This document shows, in pieces, positions 38,976 to 52,726 of a DNA stretch of 64,000 nt. The notes beneath the pieces were generated by a model. The model ran no database searches. It was not told the origin of the DNA and was given only the letters and a program-made list of their open reading frames with translations. The stretch spans positions 2,046,001 through 2,110,000 of the forward strand of contig NC_092673.1 of NCBI RefSeq assembly GCF_964355755.1, read 5' to 3'. Within the stretch, counting starts at the first letter, position 1; every line of letters begins with the position of its first letter. Source of the DNA: Antedon mediterranea (lineage: Eukaryota > Animalia > Echinodermata). A program made the position numbers and the translations under genes.

Positions 38976-39092
38976 GGGAGTGGAGTTGTAAATTGTCATG
39001 AGAAAAAAAACCCTGACATATGACAGGACTTGAACCCAGGACCCTTAGATTGGTAGCCAAGCATCATAACCACCAAGCCACAGCTCCACTCC
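38976..39092 (-). mobile_element. tRNA-like (SINE head) sequence bounded by short inverted repeats
   Basis: On the - strand: gtggcttggtggtt (A-box-like) ... gggttcaagtcc (B-box-like). Ends ggagtggagttgt / acagctccactcc. Confidence 0.45.
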
Positions 39093-40955
39093 ACGTCACC
39101 AATTAGGTGTGATTAATTTACACACAGAAAATATGACAAATTATATTATTTGAATTATTGGTTAATAACTTTTGAAATAAATAATACAATATCGGTAAGT
39201 TACTACATTCATAAATTGGCAACGTTGTACTTCATAGGTCCTGTTTTTTTCCTCTTTTCTAACTTATGCTGAACATTTCAACTCAGCACTGAATATTTAA
39301 GTAGGCCTTCTTTCGACGATAACCAAACTGAACGAAAGATGGAATCAGAACAAGATGCCGCGTGGACAAAATCCTGGTATTGACGGTTTATCTTAGGCCT
39401 ACATTGATTTAGTCAACTTTAAAAGATGATGAGATAGGCTATTTATTATAAATTATAATAAAAGCATTATACATTTTTAAATTCAAATTTCAAATTTATT
39501 CACCTCCCTTAGTAGAAACATATAAAAACTGTATAGAAAAATAAAACACATCAAAATAAAGATTCACACGAATTATAAAAAGATTTAAATGGTTTTAACA
39601 AGTTTTAACTTACTTACTTACTTTATTTAAAAATAAAGTAAGTAAGTAAATACAAAAAAGGAAACCAGAAATATGCAACGTAATGTGAAGACGAACAATC
39701 TAGGGACAATCTGCGAAACTGGAAACTGAGATTCGAACACTGTAGGCCTAATGCTAAAAAAGTGGGCCTACAATTCAGTTGTATAATGAAAGGACATTTT
39801 ATTCCAATAGTTAAATGCCTGAAATAAAGTAGATACGTAACCGTAGTCATTTCCATACCTAAGACAACAAGAGTTTTGGATGTTTCTGATACTCAGAAGA
39901 CGATGTTTCATTTGTACAGCTGTTCCAGTTCTTGTACTGTATTATATCATCTTGACCTAGACCTCAATAGTCTACAACTCAAAATTCACCAATAATAATT
40001 TGGTTATTTAGGTTAGGCCCGTGAGATCGTCGAGTTATAGACATGTGTTAATCTTAGCCCTACATGTTTCTTCAATATAATACGCTTGTTCAATGGTACA
40101 TCGATCTCATTCCCTTCGCAGCTATTGGTCAAAAAGTTATAGCCTGCGGAAAAAACCCGCGCTGAACTTGATTACCAAACTTGAACATGTTGTAGCTGTA
40201 CCGCAGGGTGGCGTAAAAACTGCCAGGGGCGATGTTTAAAACAACCGTCGTGATAATGAACTTGAATTATGCTGGATCGACACGGTCATGGTCGTCGAAA
40301 CATTTCGATGAAAATCGCAAAACCAATTTGTTAAATTCGAAAAACTAAAATTCTAAAAAAAATCACCCCATCGCTGTAGCAAATTTAATCGTAGCCTCAC
40401 GAGGTCAACTACTGTATAATTCCCGGAAACTTATCAACTTGAAATTGATTTTTTAAATTTCGTTAACGAATCTGTCGTCACAGGCTTGCTTGCCTCCATC
40501 GGAAGTTTTCGTCTTTACACACGTTTAAAAACCTTTCAAATCGCACATGCTAGAGGGACAAATTACGATAAAAACCGGCCTACTTTATATAAATTTAACA
40601 AAGAATCTAGATGACATAACTTCACCCACATCAATACACTAATAAGATAAATACGGAAGTACATGACGTCATTAATATATTTGACACGTGATCAGATAAT
40701 CTAACCAATCAATAATTAGTATTATTGGATGTGGTCGGGGGAACGTGTTTTGGTGTTTTAGTGTTACTGAACTCATGCAACAAATTGATAGTTTACTCAA
40801 CACAAATCAACCGGAAACTCAAGTTAACAGTTTTCATAAATACCATGCCGTTTGCTAAAAGTTTTCATATCAAATAACTCGAGTTATTCAACAAACACGA
40901 TTTCCATTTTTTTTCGTCGCTAGGCATCGTGCGCTAAACTTTTGTTCTCATCATC

Positions 40956-43900
40956 ATGGCACACGCTTCTGTATCACCGTTGGATAATGGTCAGGTCACG
41001 GGGGGAAACGAATTGCCTGCATCAATTCCAACTCCTCCTCCTCCTAACATGGGACCATCTCCGCCAGGCCTAGAAAAAGAAAACATCGAATTATTTGGTT
41101 TTCGGATGGGCCAGACCGTTAATTCAGGTTTTTTATTACTGTCTATTGCAATGGGAAGAGAAACTGGTTTATTTGATGCACTTGCAAATTTTACAGAACC
41201 AAAAACTTCAAAAGAAATTGCAGAAGCAACAGGATTGAAAGAAAGGTAAGCGCTTTTCACTATGTAGTAGTAGACCTATAGTAGTAGTAGGCCTATTAGT
41301 ATTACTATATAAATTATAATTCTAACTTTACTGACATTAATTCAATATAATGCTGTAAACAATAATAAACGAAACAAAAAAACATTGTTATTAATACTAA
41401 TAGGCGCCTATTGAAAACATTGTTAAATAACTGATAATTGTTCTTTTGAATAAAATCAAATTTTATTTAGGGCTATACTAGATGGATAGGGATAGGGAAG
41501 GTGTAGAGAGGCGGCGGGCTAGACCATTTTGTTGACAATATAATTGTTTTGCGTTTTAAACGTGTTTACAAAAAGCTTTTTTATCGCTATGCTTTTTATA
41601 CGATATTAAATTATAAACCGGCTTTTCCCTTCTCACGTTCTGCTATTTATATTTTAAAGAGACTATTTTATGAATCGTTTAAAAATAGGGGTTAGCATAT
41701 AATTCACTCTAGGCTATAATAAGTAAGCCTATAGTAGGAGAAGCACTTTAAATGTTCATAATAATAGGCAGCTTAAAGGCAGCTTAAGGGTGATTAGTTT
41801 CACGTTCATAAAAGTAAAACACACCTTATACATATAAAAGTATAGATATAGGCCTACCCACGCATATTTTTTAGATGTGCGATTATTAATAAGAGAAAAA
41901 TATTGAATTGATGGGGTGGGGTCGACCTTTTAATAAAACCATACACGGAGACGGGTTCTCACGATATTTCACAGGCCACAGTTGGCTGATGATGAAAGAG
42001 TTCGAATTACAGTAATTTTAAAGTTATCAATTTATTAAAATATTATGCTTAATTTTAAAACTGTTACAGATATACAACATTATTTAAAACCTTACTTTCA
42101 TTAAATCAAATTGTCATCATGTTCATGCTGGAAAAAGCATCAAAGATAAATCAGAGGATATAACATTAAACAGCCGTGAGAAATTCCAAGCTTTGGGGAT
42201 CTATTCCTTCGGCGGCAGGGCAAATAGAAAGTTGTACAGTGTATCGGAAACAATGATAACATACTATGAATTTGGTATAGACCTCGCGTCCCTATAGGCC
42301 ATCGTGATTCTTAATCTTGGAAAACTTATTCCCCCTCCTGCCGTGCGCACATGTGTTGCGCATGGAACTCGTTCGTTCGCAGGCCTGAATACCTGGCTAC
42401 GATTAGACCGTATGAGCTTAGTACAGTATGTTAATGTTTATATTTGATATTGTTCAGTTCATAATAAGTTTTTAAAAACTGAATAATAGATTTTATATAA
42501 CTGTGATCAAATGTCAATCCACGTTTCCTGTCAGGGCATTCCATGATTGTTCTTCGGTATGTCGATTGAATTTTTTAACAAAACTTAACACACTTTATAA
42601 AATGTTTGTCATTCATTTCTCTGTTTATTTATACTTGGTTGAGTGTGCTAATTAGTAATAGCGTGTGTGGAATCTAAACTTTGGCATCGATTCAAATGTA
42701 AAAACTTATAATCCGGTTATTTATTGAGAGGAATGTTTTTGTGGGGATATTTTAGGTTCTCCTTCTTACCATTTTTTTTTTGTCAGAGGACTAGGTCCTT
42801 CAATGAAAGTTGAGGGTTGACGTGAGATTCTTCTAAATTTACACCACTTACAATAAATAGATATGTTTAAAAGAATTACAAATTAGCCAACAAAAGGTGA
42901 GAGTATTCCCGTACCAAATTCTAACATAATGGTCCAACACTAATTCACATATTAATTCAGAGTTTTTAGTCACGTGCAAACGCTACTTTATTGCTCACTA
43001 TATGTCGGTCGGTCGGTCGGTAAACACTAACTCAAGCACCCATGTATGGCCTTGTTCATTCTAATTGTTCCCATAACTAAATTGGCTAATAACCAGTCAT
43101 TACCATATAATAAACATTCCGGAAATTTATATTGTACACATTTTGTTTACGATACAAACCTTCATTAACTATTTTGTTACAATTGATAATATTTATATTT
43201 ATAAGTTTCAACATTTCATGCTTAATTAACACGCCTCATTAATTGTTAAGTATCGTCCCTAAGCGTTTTATAATTGAAATAATATTGTAAATAATTTCAA
43301 ATACAGTTGTTTACTTTTCATTATTGCATAATTAGCGTATCATACCGCAATATTGTCTTCTATTGCAATACTTTCGCTATCGCCACCTGTCCCCAACAAT
43401 AACAAGTCGTACGAAAAGTTGCATCATCTTAAAATCAATATTATTTTTGTAAATTCCATTCATATTAATTAATATAAATAATAATGTGAAGTTGTCCCGT
43501 AGTTACCGGTGTTCTATTTATAGTATCATTATATTATGACACATTTAAGCCTTACCTTTGTGACGAATTGATTAAGATTGATTGAATAGAAAGGAAATGT
43601 AGAACTAGGAAATACAAAACAAAACTACAACTTTCGTAATGTTAACTAGGCCTTAATTTCCCCCTCTCCCTAAATTGTCTTGATAGATAAGTTCAAAACT
43701 TTGTTTTACCACTTTTTTTCCCTCTCTTTTGTGGTGTAACATACCATTTTTATTCGTTCATCATAATAATTACATATTTCTCACATAATACTCTCTTTTT
43801 TCATTATTTTCCAATTATAATAGTAAAAAGTAAAAATGCATATAATATTGTTTACAGTTTTACCACTTTGTAAGGATCTATCATTTATAATTACCTGATA

Positions 43901-46900
43901 ACTAGTTATAGTCGTGACCTTAACCACAAACTTTATTTTAAATTTGGGTTTTTCCATGGTTTTCATTTATAAGTGTTTATATTTTAACTTAATTGAAGTT
44001 ACCTCTAATTATAAACTAGCTTGATCCTTATCGGGTAAAACATCAAAGCCCAGCGGCGTTAACAAACAGTTTTAACAAGATATTGAAACGTTGTTTTCTT
44101 GATGTGTTCTTGGGTATTTCTGTCAAGTTTAAGGTCACCATGATCTTACAAATTGGATGTCTATTAGGATGATGGAATGTAAATATAGACTTACATCCGG
44201 CGGCTACGACCATATAATACGCTTGGCTTAAATTCATTTTTTTAATCCTTTATTCAATACAAAGGATGACGTTTAAAGGCGAATTTTCTGCAATTTAAAA
44301 TTGTACGTTGTTGCATAATGCGTATAACAAAACAAACCACTGGAAGTATACTCATTTGCTCTTCATAGATTTGTTGAATTATCAGTGTAGTTAATTTAGC
44401 ACGCGCATTAACTTTATCAGGATTTACACGCGCGCGCACACCTTCATAACTCGTGTAAACGTTACTTTAAATTGCCGCTAGGTATCGGATACCATTGTAC
44501 AGGTTTCTGGTCGGATTAGCACACTCAACAGCTCATAGAAAAGCTGATTAAGTGTACAAGTGAATTGATTCTTATCTAGATTAAAATCTTATAGATAGAA
44601 CCACCCAGAAAGAAAATATCAGGCAACATGTAAGATATAAGAGATATTGTGTAGCGATATTATCGCTTTTTGGCTTGGTTTCCGAAGTGGAAAAAACAGC
44701 AAACACTCGGAAAACTAATTGTGGTGGTTGACGCATGCGTGTTGCTGTAAAACATTAATTTCCCATCAGTATTTCACAATAATCCGGTCATGAAATTAAT
44801 GTTACTGAATATGAAAACGCGATAACTTTGCAGTATTTAACTCGAACATTAACCCGATAAAGTCGCCCCTTAGTCCACACCACCATTTAGGCCTATGGAT
44901 CAGTAGCTGTTGTGTATATAGATATATTTTTTTAAATCGCATACAAATACAACATTACCTAACTGAAATTAAAGAAAAGACAGTTAAATTAATGAATATT
45001 TTCCAGAATAGAATAAAAAGGTTGATATTTATATATAGCCAAAGGTGTTGCAAAAGAATATTAGTAACTTGGTCTTTTAGGCCTATCTAAAAATTAATAA
45101 AAGCGTATGGCTACCGTTTTATAAAATATCTCTATATTCTGGTATAACAAACTTCACAGAGCCAGTCTGATTCTGTAGTCTGATTCGTCTTTATTGAGAG
45201 GGGTTAAATATATTTTATCTAATTTATTTCTTTGCATTTCCATCTGCCAACCATTATTTCCACTTTTTGTAAGAGTACCGCTTCCTCAATGATCTTTAAA
45301 CTTGTAAATGACGGTTTATAGGTTTTATGTTGTCCAACTTTGAATTAAACTAGTTAGCGTTAACAGTCAAATTAAATTAAAAGCGTTCACGAAAGGATCC
45401 GTTTGAAAATGAAAGATTCACCAATCACCGTTATCATACTAGGGAAGAGTTAAATTACTAAAATAATTAAAGAAGTCTTCCCTGATCATACCAAGTTCCA
45501 GCATAAGATCTAGATTTTTTTCTTTTAATGTTTCTGAATCTTTTACATTTTTTTTTCTAAATTTACAAATAACGTAAACTTGAACCTGTATTAAACAGTT
45601 GATGTTTGATTAGGCCATATTGCAGTTTGAATAATGTTATTCACTTCTGTAGAAAAAACAAAAATCATTATTTCACTTAAAAAGACAAAAGGAACGGTTA
45701 ATTTTAACACAAAAAAACACCATTGTCTGACAGACAATTTAGGTATTTCTTACTTGAAATTACATTTTTTTTACATGGAAATAATGATCTAGTTTTATGA
45801 GGCATTAAAATGGCATATTCAACAAAAAATAAAAAATAAATTTTAGGGGGGACAATATATCTTTAACATATACCCGGTATGGTCATGTATGTAACTCACA
45901 TTTGACCACAATCATATGTGGAAAATTTAGTCTCGTCTATGTGGTGTGGGAACACGAAGGATGACGAAGCAAAACTTCGAATGCAAAGTAGAATCTCGTG
46001 GGAAAAAATACCAACGGCAAGTCAGATCCAATGGTGGCTCTCTCAGCACAATGTATTTAGGTTCATCGATTTTTTCCCTGAACCACCCGAGGAACACATT
46101 TGCCTATTTTTCAAATTGAGTCTACTGATGCCGTTAAAATGAACACGGTAGTCGGTGTTTGATATTTCATCACTTACCGATACGTAGTAACTATGATTAG
46201 GTACATATCTGATTATGTCATGTCATGGAAAACATGTCAGACTTAATTTACTGAAACATTTACCAGATCTTCAGCGGAAGCGCACGGTGTTCGGCTTTTG
46301 AAGCGTTGAAACCGTTAACAGGCGATTTATATTTTCCGAATAAACCCTATTGAACCGGTAATTTTACATTACAATTATTACAATATACACGACATTCTTC
46401 TTGGGAGACTTTACCAGCCTAAAATATAAAATCACCCTGTGTTCTCTACTGTATATTTCCACATGAGCAGTATCTTCAACCAGTACCATAAGCAAGGAAT
46501 GTGGTGCCTGTATACGTTAAGGTTTATTGGAATATGATACAGGCATCACATGTGATATACATATGACACTGTATTACAGAATGTGCTTATGATAGGCCTA
46601 CTGGACAAAAAATCTCGTACCAAAGATCACTAAAACAGTGTATCGAAATGTTATTAGTGTACCAAAATTGCGTACAAACAATCTGTATACAACATTTTGT
46701 TTGTGGATAGTAATAAAATGTAACGTTTTTCAACAGATTTCTCACATTACCTATCTTTTTAGTTTAATCATAAAGGGAAGCAACTGATACAAAAATTAAA
46801 AAATAATATATTTAAAATATTTATATTACGCGATCTATAAAAGGTGCTCAAGACGCAGACAAAGACAATTGGGTCAAATAACTTTGCAAAATGTATAGCA

Positions 46901-49404
46901 TATAAAATAAAATAATATTTAATGTATAAGAAATAAGAGATTCGATGTGTTATTTTTTTCTCAAAATCATTTGATTGTTTTTTTAGATATATTCGTGAAT
47001 GGTTGGGAGCCATGGTAACTGGTCAAATCGTAGAATCAAATGAGACATCAACACGGTTCCTGCTGCCCCCTCATCGGGCAGCCTTCCTTAGAACTGGTGG
47101 ATTTGGAGAGGAGATGACCCTGCTGGCAGCAGCGTTACCGATGCAATGTAGTGTGTTTGATAAAGTATTAAACTGCTTCAAGGAAGACGGACCACGAGGT
47201 AAGAATACAAACAAAAAACAATTCACAGCTACAACAAAATATTCGCCAATTCAACGTTTCAATCTTCAAAGAAGTATTGTATTAATTAGTAATTAGTTGA
47301 TCTTACGGAAAATTATGTTTTGACATGATATATATGATGTAAGTAATGTGACCAATCACAAGCGATCCAAACACTCGCTTGTCATTGGTCAACATGCTTG
47401 CGTTGCGCCCACGTCTTTTCGTTGCGTCCTGTCGGAATTAATTTTTATGGTAGATTTATTATATTCTGAGATTGTTGTCTCGGATATATTGACTATTTTA
47501 AAATAGCAGAATGGTATTTTGTTGTTATTTTTAACACTAAACGCATAACTTTTTTCTGTGAAAATAAACGTATTGTCTACAACATGCATGCTAAATTTTC
47601 GGTCCATTTCTTCCGAATAAATAAGTTAAATAATATAATGAAATATAATACCAAGGAATGGAGACATCCGGGTTATACTGTGACAAATTCCTTTATAACA
47701 ATGTAGTATTAAAATTCCAATAAAAGAGTCATAATGAAATATAAATAATAATTATGTTTAATTTACACATGTAATGGTTATGGATTTATGGAGACCAGTC
47801 TAGGGTTTAGTTAAAGGTTGAAATGGCATGGGAAATACGTTTGTAAACTAATTTATCAAACGTTTCTTTCAACATGCAAATGGTATATGCATTAACTAAG
47901 CATAATATTTCACTGTTTGATTGATTGTTTTTTAAGTGTTTTATTTTAAATTCGTAAACCAACGTAGTGTTTGAGTGGGATAGAGTAACACAACGTATTA
48001 ATCAAATCAATCAATTTAGGTAATTACAAATGTTCTAGTCGAGTGGGCATATAATGATTTAGCAAAATGTCTGTCTCATTCTAATTAACCATTAAATTTG
48101 ATTATTAATATTACCAGTAAAATGTCTTTGTTGCAAAAACAGAACCGATTCAATGTCGCTAATTTTTTATTTTTATCTGAGGTTGTCGTTTATATTGCGA
48201 ACGTAATACATATATGATTGTTTCTATAGTAGAGGCCTAGGCTTAAAATACGTAAACTAACCCTTTTAGCATAGATTCCTCTTTGGTCTTGATAATAATA
48301 TTTGTCCTCTTTTTCTTCTGTACAGGCGTGCCATACAAACATTACTGTGGATTCCAAAAGTTTATGAACGCTTGTTCGAGCGCCTGGTGGAACCGACATC
48401 TCATCTCAGACTTTATTCCATCAATGCCAGAAGTCCAGGAAATGCTGGGTACGCACTCTTATTTCTTTTTCTTTGGTAGCTTAGTTCACACTAAAGCTTG
48501 GTTCCCACTAGGACGCAACGCAAGGACGTAAGCGAGTTGACCAATCAAGCGATTGATAATTCAAACTGTCGCTTGTCATTGGTCAACTCTCTTGCATTGC
48601 GTTTACGTACGTCCTTGCGTTGCGTCCACGTACGTCCTTGCGTTGCGTCCTAGTGGGAATCAAGCATTACTAGCTCTCTAGCACTAACGATGTTGTTAAA
48701 AGAATCGCCCCTTATCGTGTTTGGGAGTTGTCGATGTTGATGGGTCAAACGTTAGCTTTAGCGTTTAGACGCAGAAGATAGTTTCTTTATATTCGTTATG
48801 GTATTTGGTAATTTTTAATTAATAAATAATTATTTTAATAGAGAAAGGCATTGACGTGCTGGATCTTGGATGCGGTAGTGGGGGCGCTTCGATCTTACTT
48901 GCTGAACGATTTCCTAAAAGTACATTTATCGCAATCGACATTAGTGATGACGCCATCAACACAGCCAAAAGCACAGTAACAGAAAAGAAACTCACAAATG
49001 TCACGTTTTTGAAGATGGATGCTCTAGAAATGCCAGAAGAAAAGTGGCAAGGAAAGTTTGGATATGTGTTGGCTTGGGATTCCATCCATGACATGGCCCA
49101 ACCGGAAGTAGTTCTAAATCTCTTACATAAATGCCTTAGCAACAATGGGCGCATGACGGTAATGGAAGTTAATGCGCACTCGGAGATTGCGCAGAATGTA
49201 AACATGCCGTTTGCCTCTACGTTTTACACTAACAGTCTGATGCACTGCATGACGGTATCGTTGGCTTTCGAAGATGGCCAAGGATTTGGAAATATGTATG
49301 GCAGGCAAAAGCTGATGGCACTCCTCCAGCTAACCGGTTTTAACGACATTCAGACGTCAGTGCCAAATATGTCGTTCAATTGTCACTTCTTGTGCAGCAA
49401 GTAA
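40956..49404 (+). CDS. Class I SAM-dependent methyltransferase, Rv2258c-like (N-terminal winged-helix plus MTase domain)
   Basis: Exons 40956-41245, 46987-47198, 48326-48448 and 48842-49404 are phase-consistent. Motifs GRETGLFD..TSKEIAEATGLKERYIREWLGAM, VLDLGCGSG, AIDIS, DSIHDMAQP and SLMHCMTVSLA..GFGNMYG are typical of the Rv2258c family. Confidence 0.92.
45640..45866. mobile_element. Kolobok-like family F, right part
   Basis: Ends gggggacaatatatctttaa. The internal sequence ccattgtctgacagacaattta is also found at ~300. Confidence 0.65.
48492..48669. mobile_element. MITE family B copy in methyltransferase intron 3
   Basis: taaagcttggttcccactag ... ctagtgggaatcaagcatta. Further fragments lie at ~47348-47432 and ~50114-50221. 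Confidence 0.85.
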
Positions 49405-50548
49405 CAAGGTTGGTGCACAATATGCGGGCGGGTAGATTTACTTTTGAATTGTCACTTATTAACTCATAAGCATACATGCCTGTATCACCTTGTTTAAAAA
49501 CATAACATTATGCAACTCACGTAACTTATAATATAAAGTGCATTACCTTAAAACTTTTTAACAGTTTTATATATAACTATATAGAAAAAAATTGCCAATT
49601 GTATATGTATAGTCTAAGGAAAAGAATATAAAAGCATAGTATTTCATATTTAAAATCATTAAAAAGAATATGTTGCGTTTATATCGGTTACTATTCATTA
49701 TAATTGTATTGATAAAAAGAGGCTTATATTAATTCAACTAATGTCAAATTATGATTTCTTAACATTAAGTTGGTTTTGATTATTGTTAAGGTCGCATTGT
49801 TAATTAGTTAGAAATATTAATTGGCCACAGAAGGTTGACGTAATTAAAGCTAATTTTCATTGGCTACTTAAAATTGACGCAATGAAAGCTATAAGTTTGA
49901 TTGGCTACACTAAATGTAAATATTATTTATTGATACGTTTTAAATAATCGTTTAATAAGTTAGTAATTTATTAATTTTACTTGTTTACTTGTTTATAAAA
50001 AAAAATATTTATCTAACGGTAGTTAACATAAAGTTGATAAATGTACAAGGTGTAATTTCCCTTTCAGAGATTTTCATTTTCCATTCAGAGAACCACAAAA
50101 TGAAAGAAAAGCTGCGTTGCGTAATCCGTTAAGAGTGCTTCCCACTAGAGACGCAACACAAGCAAGTTGACCAATGACAAGCGACATTTTGAATAATCCA
50201 TCGCTTGTGATTGGTCAAATCACATAGTATCTACCAAACTAATTATGACTTATTTTTAATGAGCGCTTCCCTCCTCCTGGATACCTTTGATCTACTGTAA
50301 ATCTCTGTTTAAAAAAATTATATACCGGTAAGAAGAAAGAAAATTGTTCATGTATTACTATTTTTATTTAAGAAACAATTTTGTAAATGATATTAAATAT
50401 GTAAATTTAAAAAGAAAAACAAACCAACTTGAACTATAGCAATTGTTAGTTAGTAATATAAAGCGGTGTTCTTTTTGTGAAATTTGAGTTAATATTAAAT
50501 TATAAATTAAGTTTGTACACTTAAATGCGATGTTATTCATTTTGGTGG

Positions 50549-52726
50549 TTAGCCTAAAGTCGGTATGTACTTTTCGATACAGACACATCCGTGCTCAGTG
50601 AGTGGCTGCGGCAGGGAACCCACCTGGCTCCACATATTTAAATTAGGATCGTAACACTTGATATCAGACACATTGACTGCGCTTTCCAACTTGCTTCCGC
50701 CTGATACAATGATCTTTTCATTTAACACCGTTGTACCATACGAGTACAGGTACCGTCCATCAGGGATCGACGAACCGCGTATTCGCTCCGACGTAAACGG
50801 ATTGAAAATAATCAGCTCATTTTCATCTCCTCGTGACACAAGATAGAAAATAAAATCATTAATGACAACGGCTGTTTCAATGCCTTCACCGTGTACGCGC
50901 TCAAAATTAAAGATGGCTGACCAGCAATCATCAGCTGGGTCATAGCAGTGAATGATGTCAGGATCTCGGAAGAAGTAACCATTAACAAACAACTTACCGT
51001 TGACTGACGTCACCACTGGTCGTTCCAGAAAACTACCTTTTATCCGATTAACATAAGTCCATATATTTAGTACTGGATCGTAACGTTCAACGTCGTTCGA
51101 CTTCCGAGACCAACCGGTTCGTCCGCCAACTACATATATTTTGCCGTTTAAAACAGCGACACCGTGATTATGACGTGGTTTGTTTAAACTAGCTACCTGC
51201 GACCACTTGTCAGTAAGCGATTCATACCTCCATACATCCGCAAGAGTCTCTGACAAGTTTGCATGGTAGTCGACCTGACCACCGATGACGTACACATCGT
51301 TGTTTAACGAAACACAGGCAAATCGTTGGTTTCGACCGGGAAATGGTGCCAAACTTGTCCAAGAGTTATCAATGAGGTTACAACACCAGACGTCGTGTAT
51401 CCATTGCTGTTCACTGTCAAATCCACCAATTATTATCATGACTTCTGTAGTCATTGAAAGACGTAATCGAAGTCGATCGTCACAAATTCCTTCTGGAGCA
51501 TCTCTAAGCATCTTAGCATCTTTAACAATTTCCATGCATTCCTCGTGATTAAGAATCACTGGATTCTGTTCTACGGAAACTGAAAAGTATTTGATGTCTA
51601 ACAGAGGTAATCTGACCTTCCTTAGTATGTCACCAAAGTACTCCTGCTTATCCTGGTTGGATCCATACCACTGCAACACTGCGTCAAAGACCACTTCTTC
51701 TTTTTTAATGTTCAGATGATCATTTTCAATAATACGCATAAGAGTTGAAGGATTGATTTCCAGAAAATCACAAGTGTTACAAACTTGAAGGAAATGTTTG
51801 TAGACATAATTCAAAGCATCATTATAAATTTCATAGCAGCCGATACTCTGAGCAAAATTCATAAAACTAATACAGTTATCAGGTTCGAGGTTTTTCTTGA
51901 AAAATTCCGAACATGCTGTAATGACTGGGTGATAATGAAGATAGCTTGCGAGAGAAATGAGGTCTTGAGCGTTCTGCAAAGTTATCAATAGTTTACCAGT
52001 ATATGTAAACTCCATAATGTTACGAAAAAGCTCCAAATCGACAATCTGTTGCAGACGAACAATCTTATTGTCTGATTCAACCATATTTGAAGAAAACATG
52101 GCGCGAAAAAAGGTGCTGCAAGCTGAAAGAACAACGCGATGACACGGAAAGTTCTCTCCAGCAACTTGGATGGTAACATCTGTGAAAAGATGACTTTCTC
52201 TTTGATCGTTCATCGACTTGAGTAAACTGGCAGGGAATGTGCTGTCATGATGTTGTACCTCCGTGTTACGATGTTCTCCTAATGGAGTGACATCACCTTC
52301 CAAACGTTCCAAAGTATCTTCTTTCAGTAAATAATATTCATTGCACGAATCTTCGATGCCTTTCCCTGCTAATGCGGGTTCCGATAGATAACACAGTTTA
52401 CTTAACGATTTATAATTATGTTCATTTATCAGCAATTCAAGTGTGTAAATAAAAGTAACTAAATCCATCAAAATAACATCACTGAAACTGATTATCAGCG
52501 GTTGATGCAACTCAATTCGATTACTTGAATCGGTATCGGTATCGTCACCATAGCTCCTGAGTAGTTGATGGCGAATGAGTGGACTACCTGCGGCTAACAC
52601 AGCTTTGTGCCCGTTAATTACCCGTCCGTTGATATCTAATTGCACATCTGTGAAATCTTGCGACTCCCAAAATCCTTTCAATCGTAAAAGAAGATCATGG
52701 GCGTGTTTTTGGTGGTAGGTAGACAT
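50549..52726 (-). CDS. Kelch-like protein with two BTB domains (BTB-BTB-BACK-kelch repeats), single coding exon
   Basis: 725-aa ORF with BTB1 (FTDVQL..GHKAVLAAGS), BTB2 (FTDVTI..FPCHRVVLSACSTFFRAMF), BACK (NCI..EEVVFDAVLQW..VRLPLL) and kelch GG/Y/W repeats. Confidence 0.95.
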   Translation of the reverse strand: MSTYHQKHAHDLLLRLKGFWESQDFTDVQLDINGRVINGHKAVLAAGSPLIRHQLLRSYGDDTDTDSSNRIELHQPLIISFSDVILMDLVTFIYTLELLINEHNYKSLSKLCYLSEPALAGKGIEDSCNEYYLLKEDTLERLEGDVTPLGEHRNTEVQHHDSTFPASLLKSMNDQRESHLFTDVTIQVAGENFPCHRVVLSACSTFFRAMFSSNMVESDNKIVRLQQIVDLELFRNIMEFTYTGKLLITLQNAQDLISLASYLHYHPVITACSEFFKKNLEPDNCISFMNFAQSIGCYEIYNDALNYVYKHFLQVCNTCDFLEINPSTLMRIIENDHLNIKKEEVVFDAVLQWYGSNQDKQEYFGDILRKVRLPLLDIKYFSVSVEQNPVILNHEECMEIVKDAKMLRDAPEGICDDRLRLRLSMTTEVMIIIGGFDSEQQWIHDVWCCNLIDNSWTSLAPFPGRNQRFACVSLNNDVYVIGGQVDYHANLSETLADVWRYESLTDKWSQVASLNKPRHNHGVAVLNGKIYVVGGRTGWSRKSNDVERYDPVLNIWTYVNRIKGSFLERPVVTSVNGKLFVNGYFFRDPDIIHCYDPADDCWSAIFNFERVHGEGIETAVVINDFIFYLVSRGDENELIIFNPFTSERIRGSSIPDGRYLYSYGTTVLNEKIIVSGGSKLESAVNVSDIKCYDPNLNMWSQVGSLPQPLTEHGCVCIEKYIPTLG

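Noticed and set aside
45918-46142. ORF and two GTGGGAA (Su(H)-like) sites inside methyltransferase intron 1
   Set aside because: No recognisable domain or splice pattern. The short motifs also occur in MITE family B TIRs and can arise by chance.
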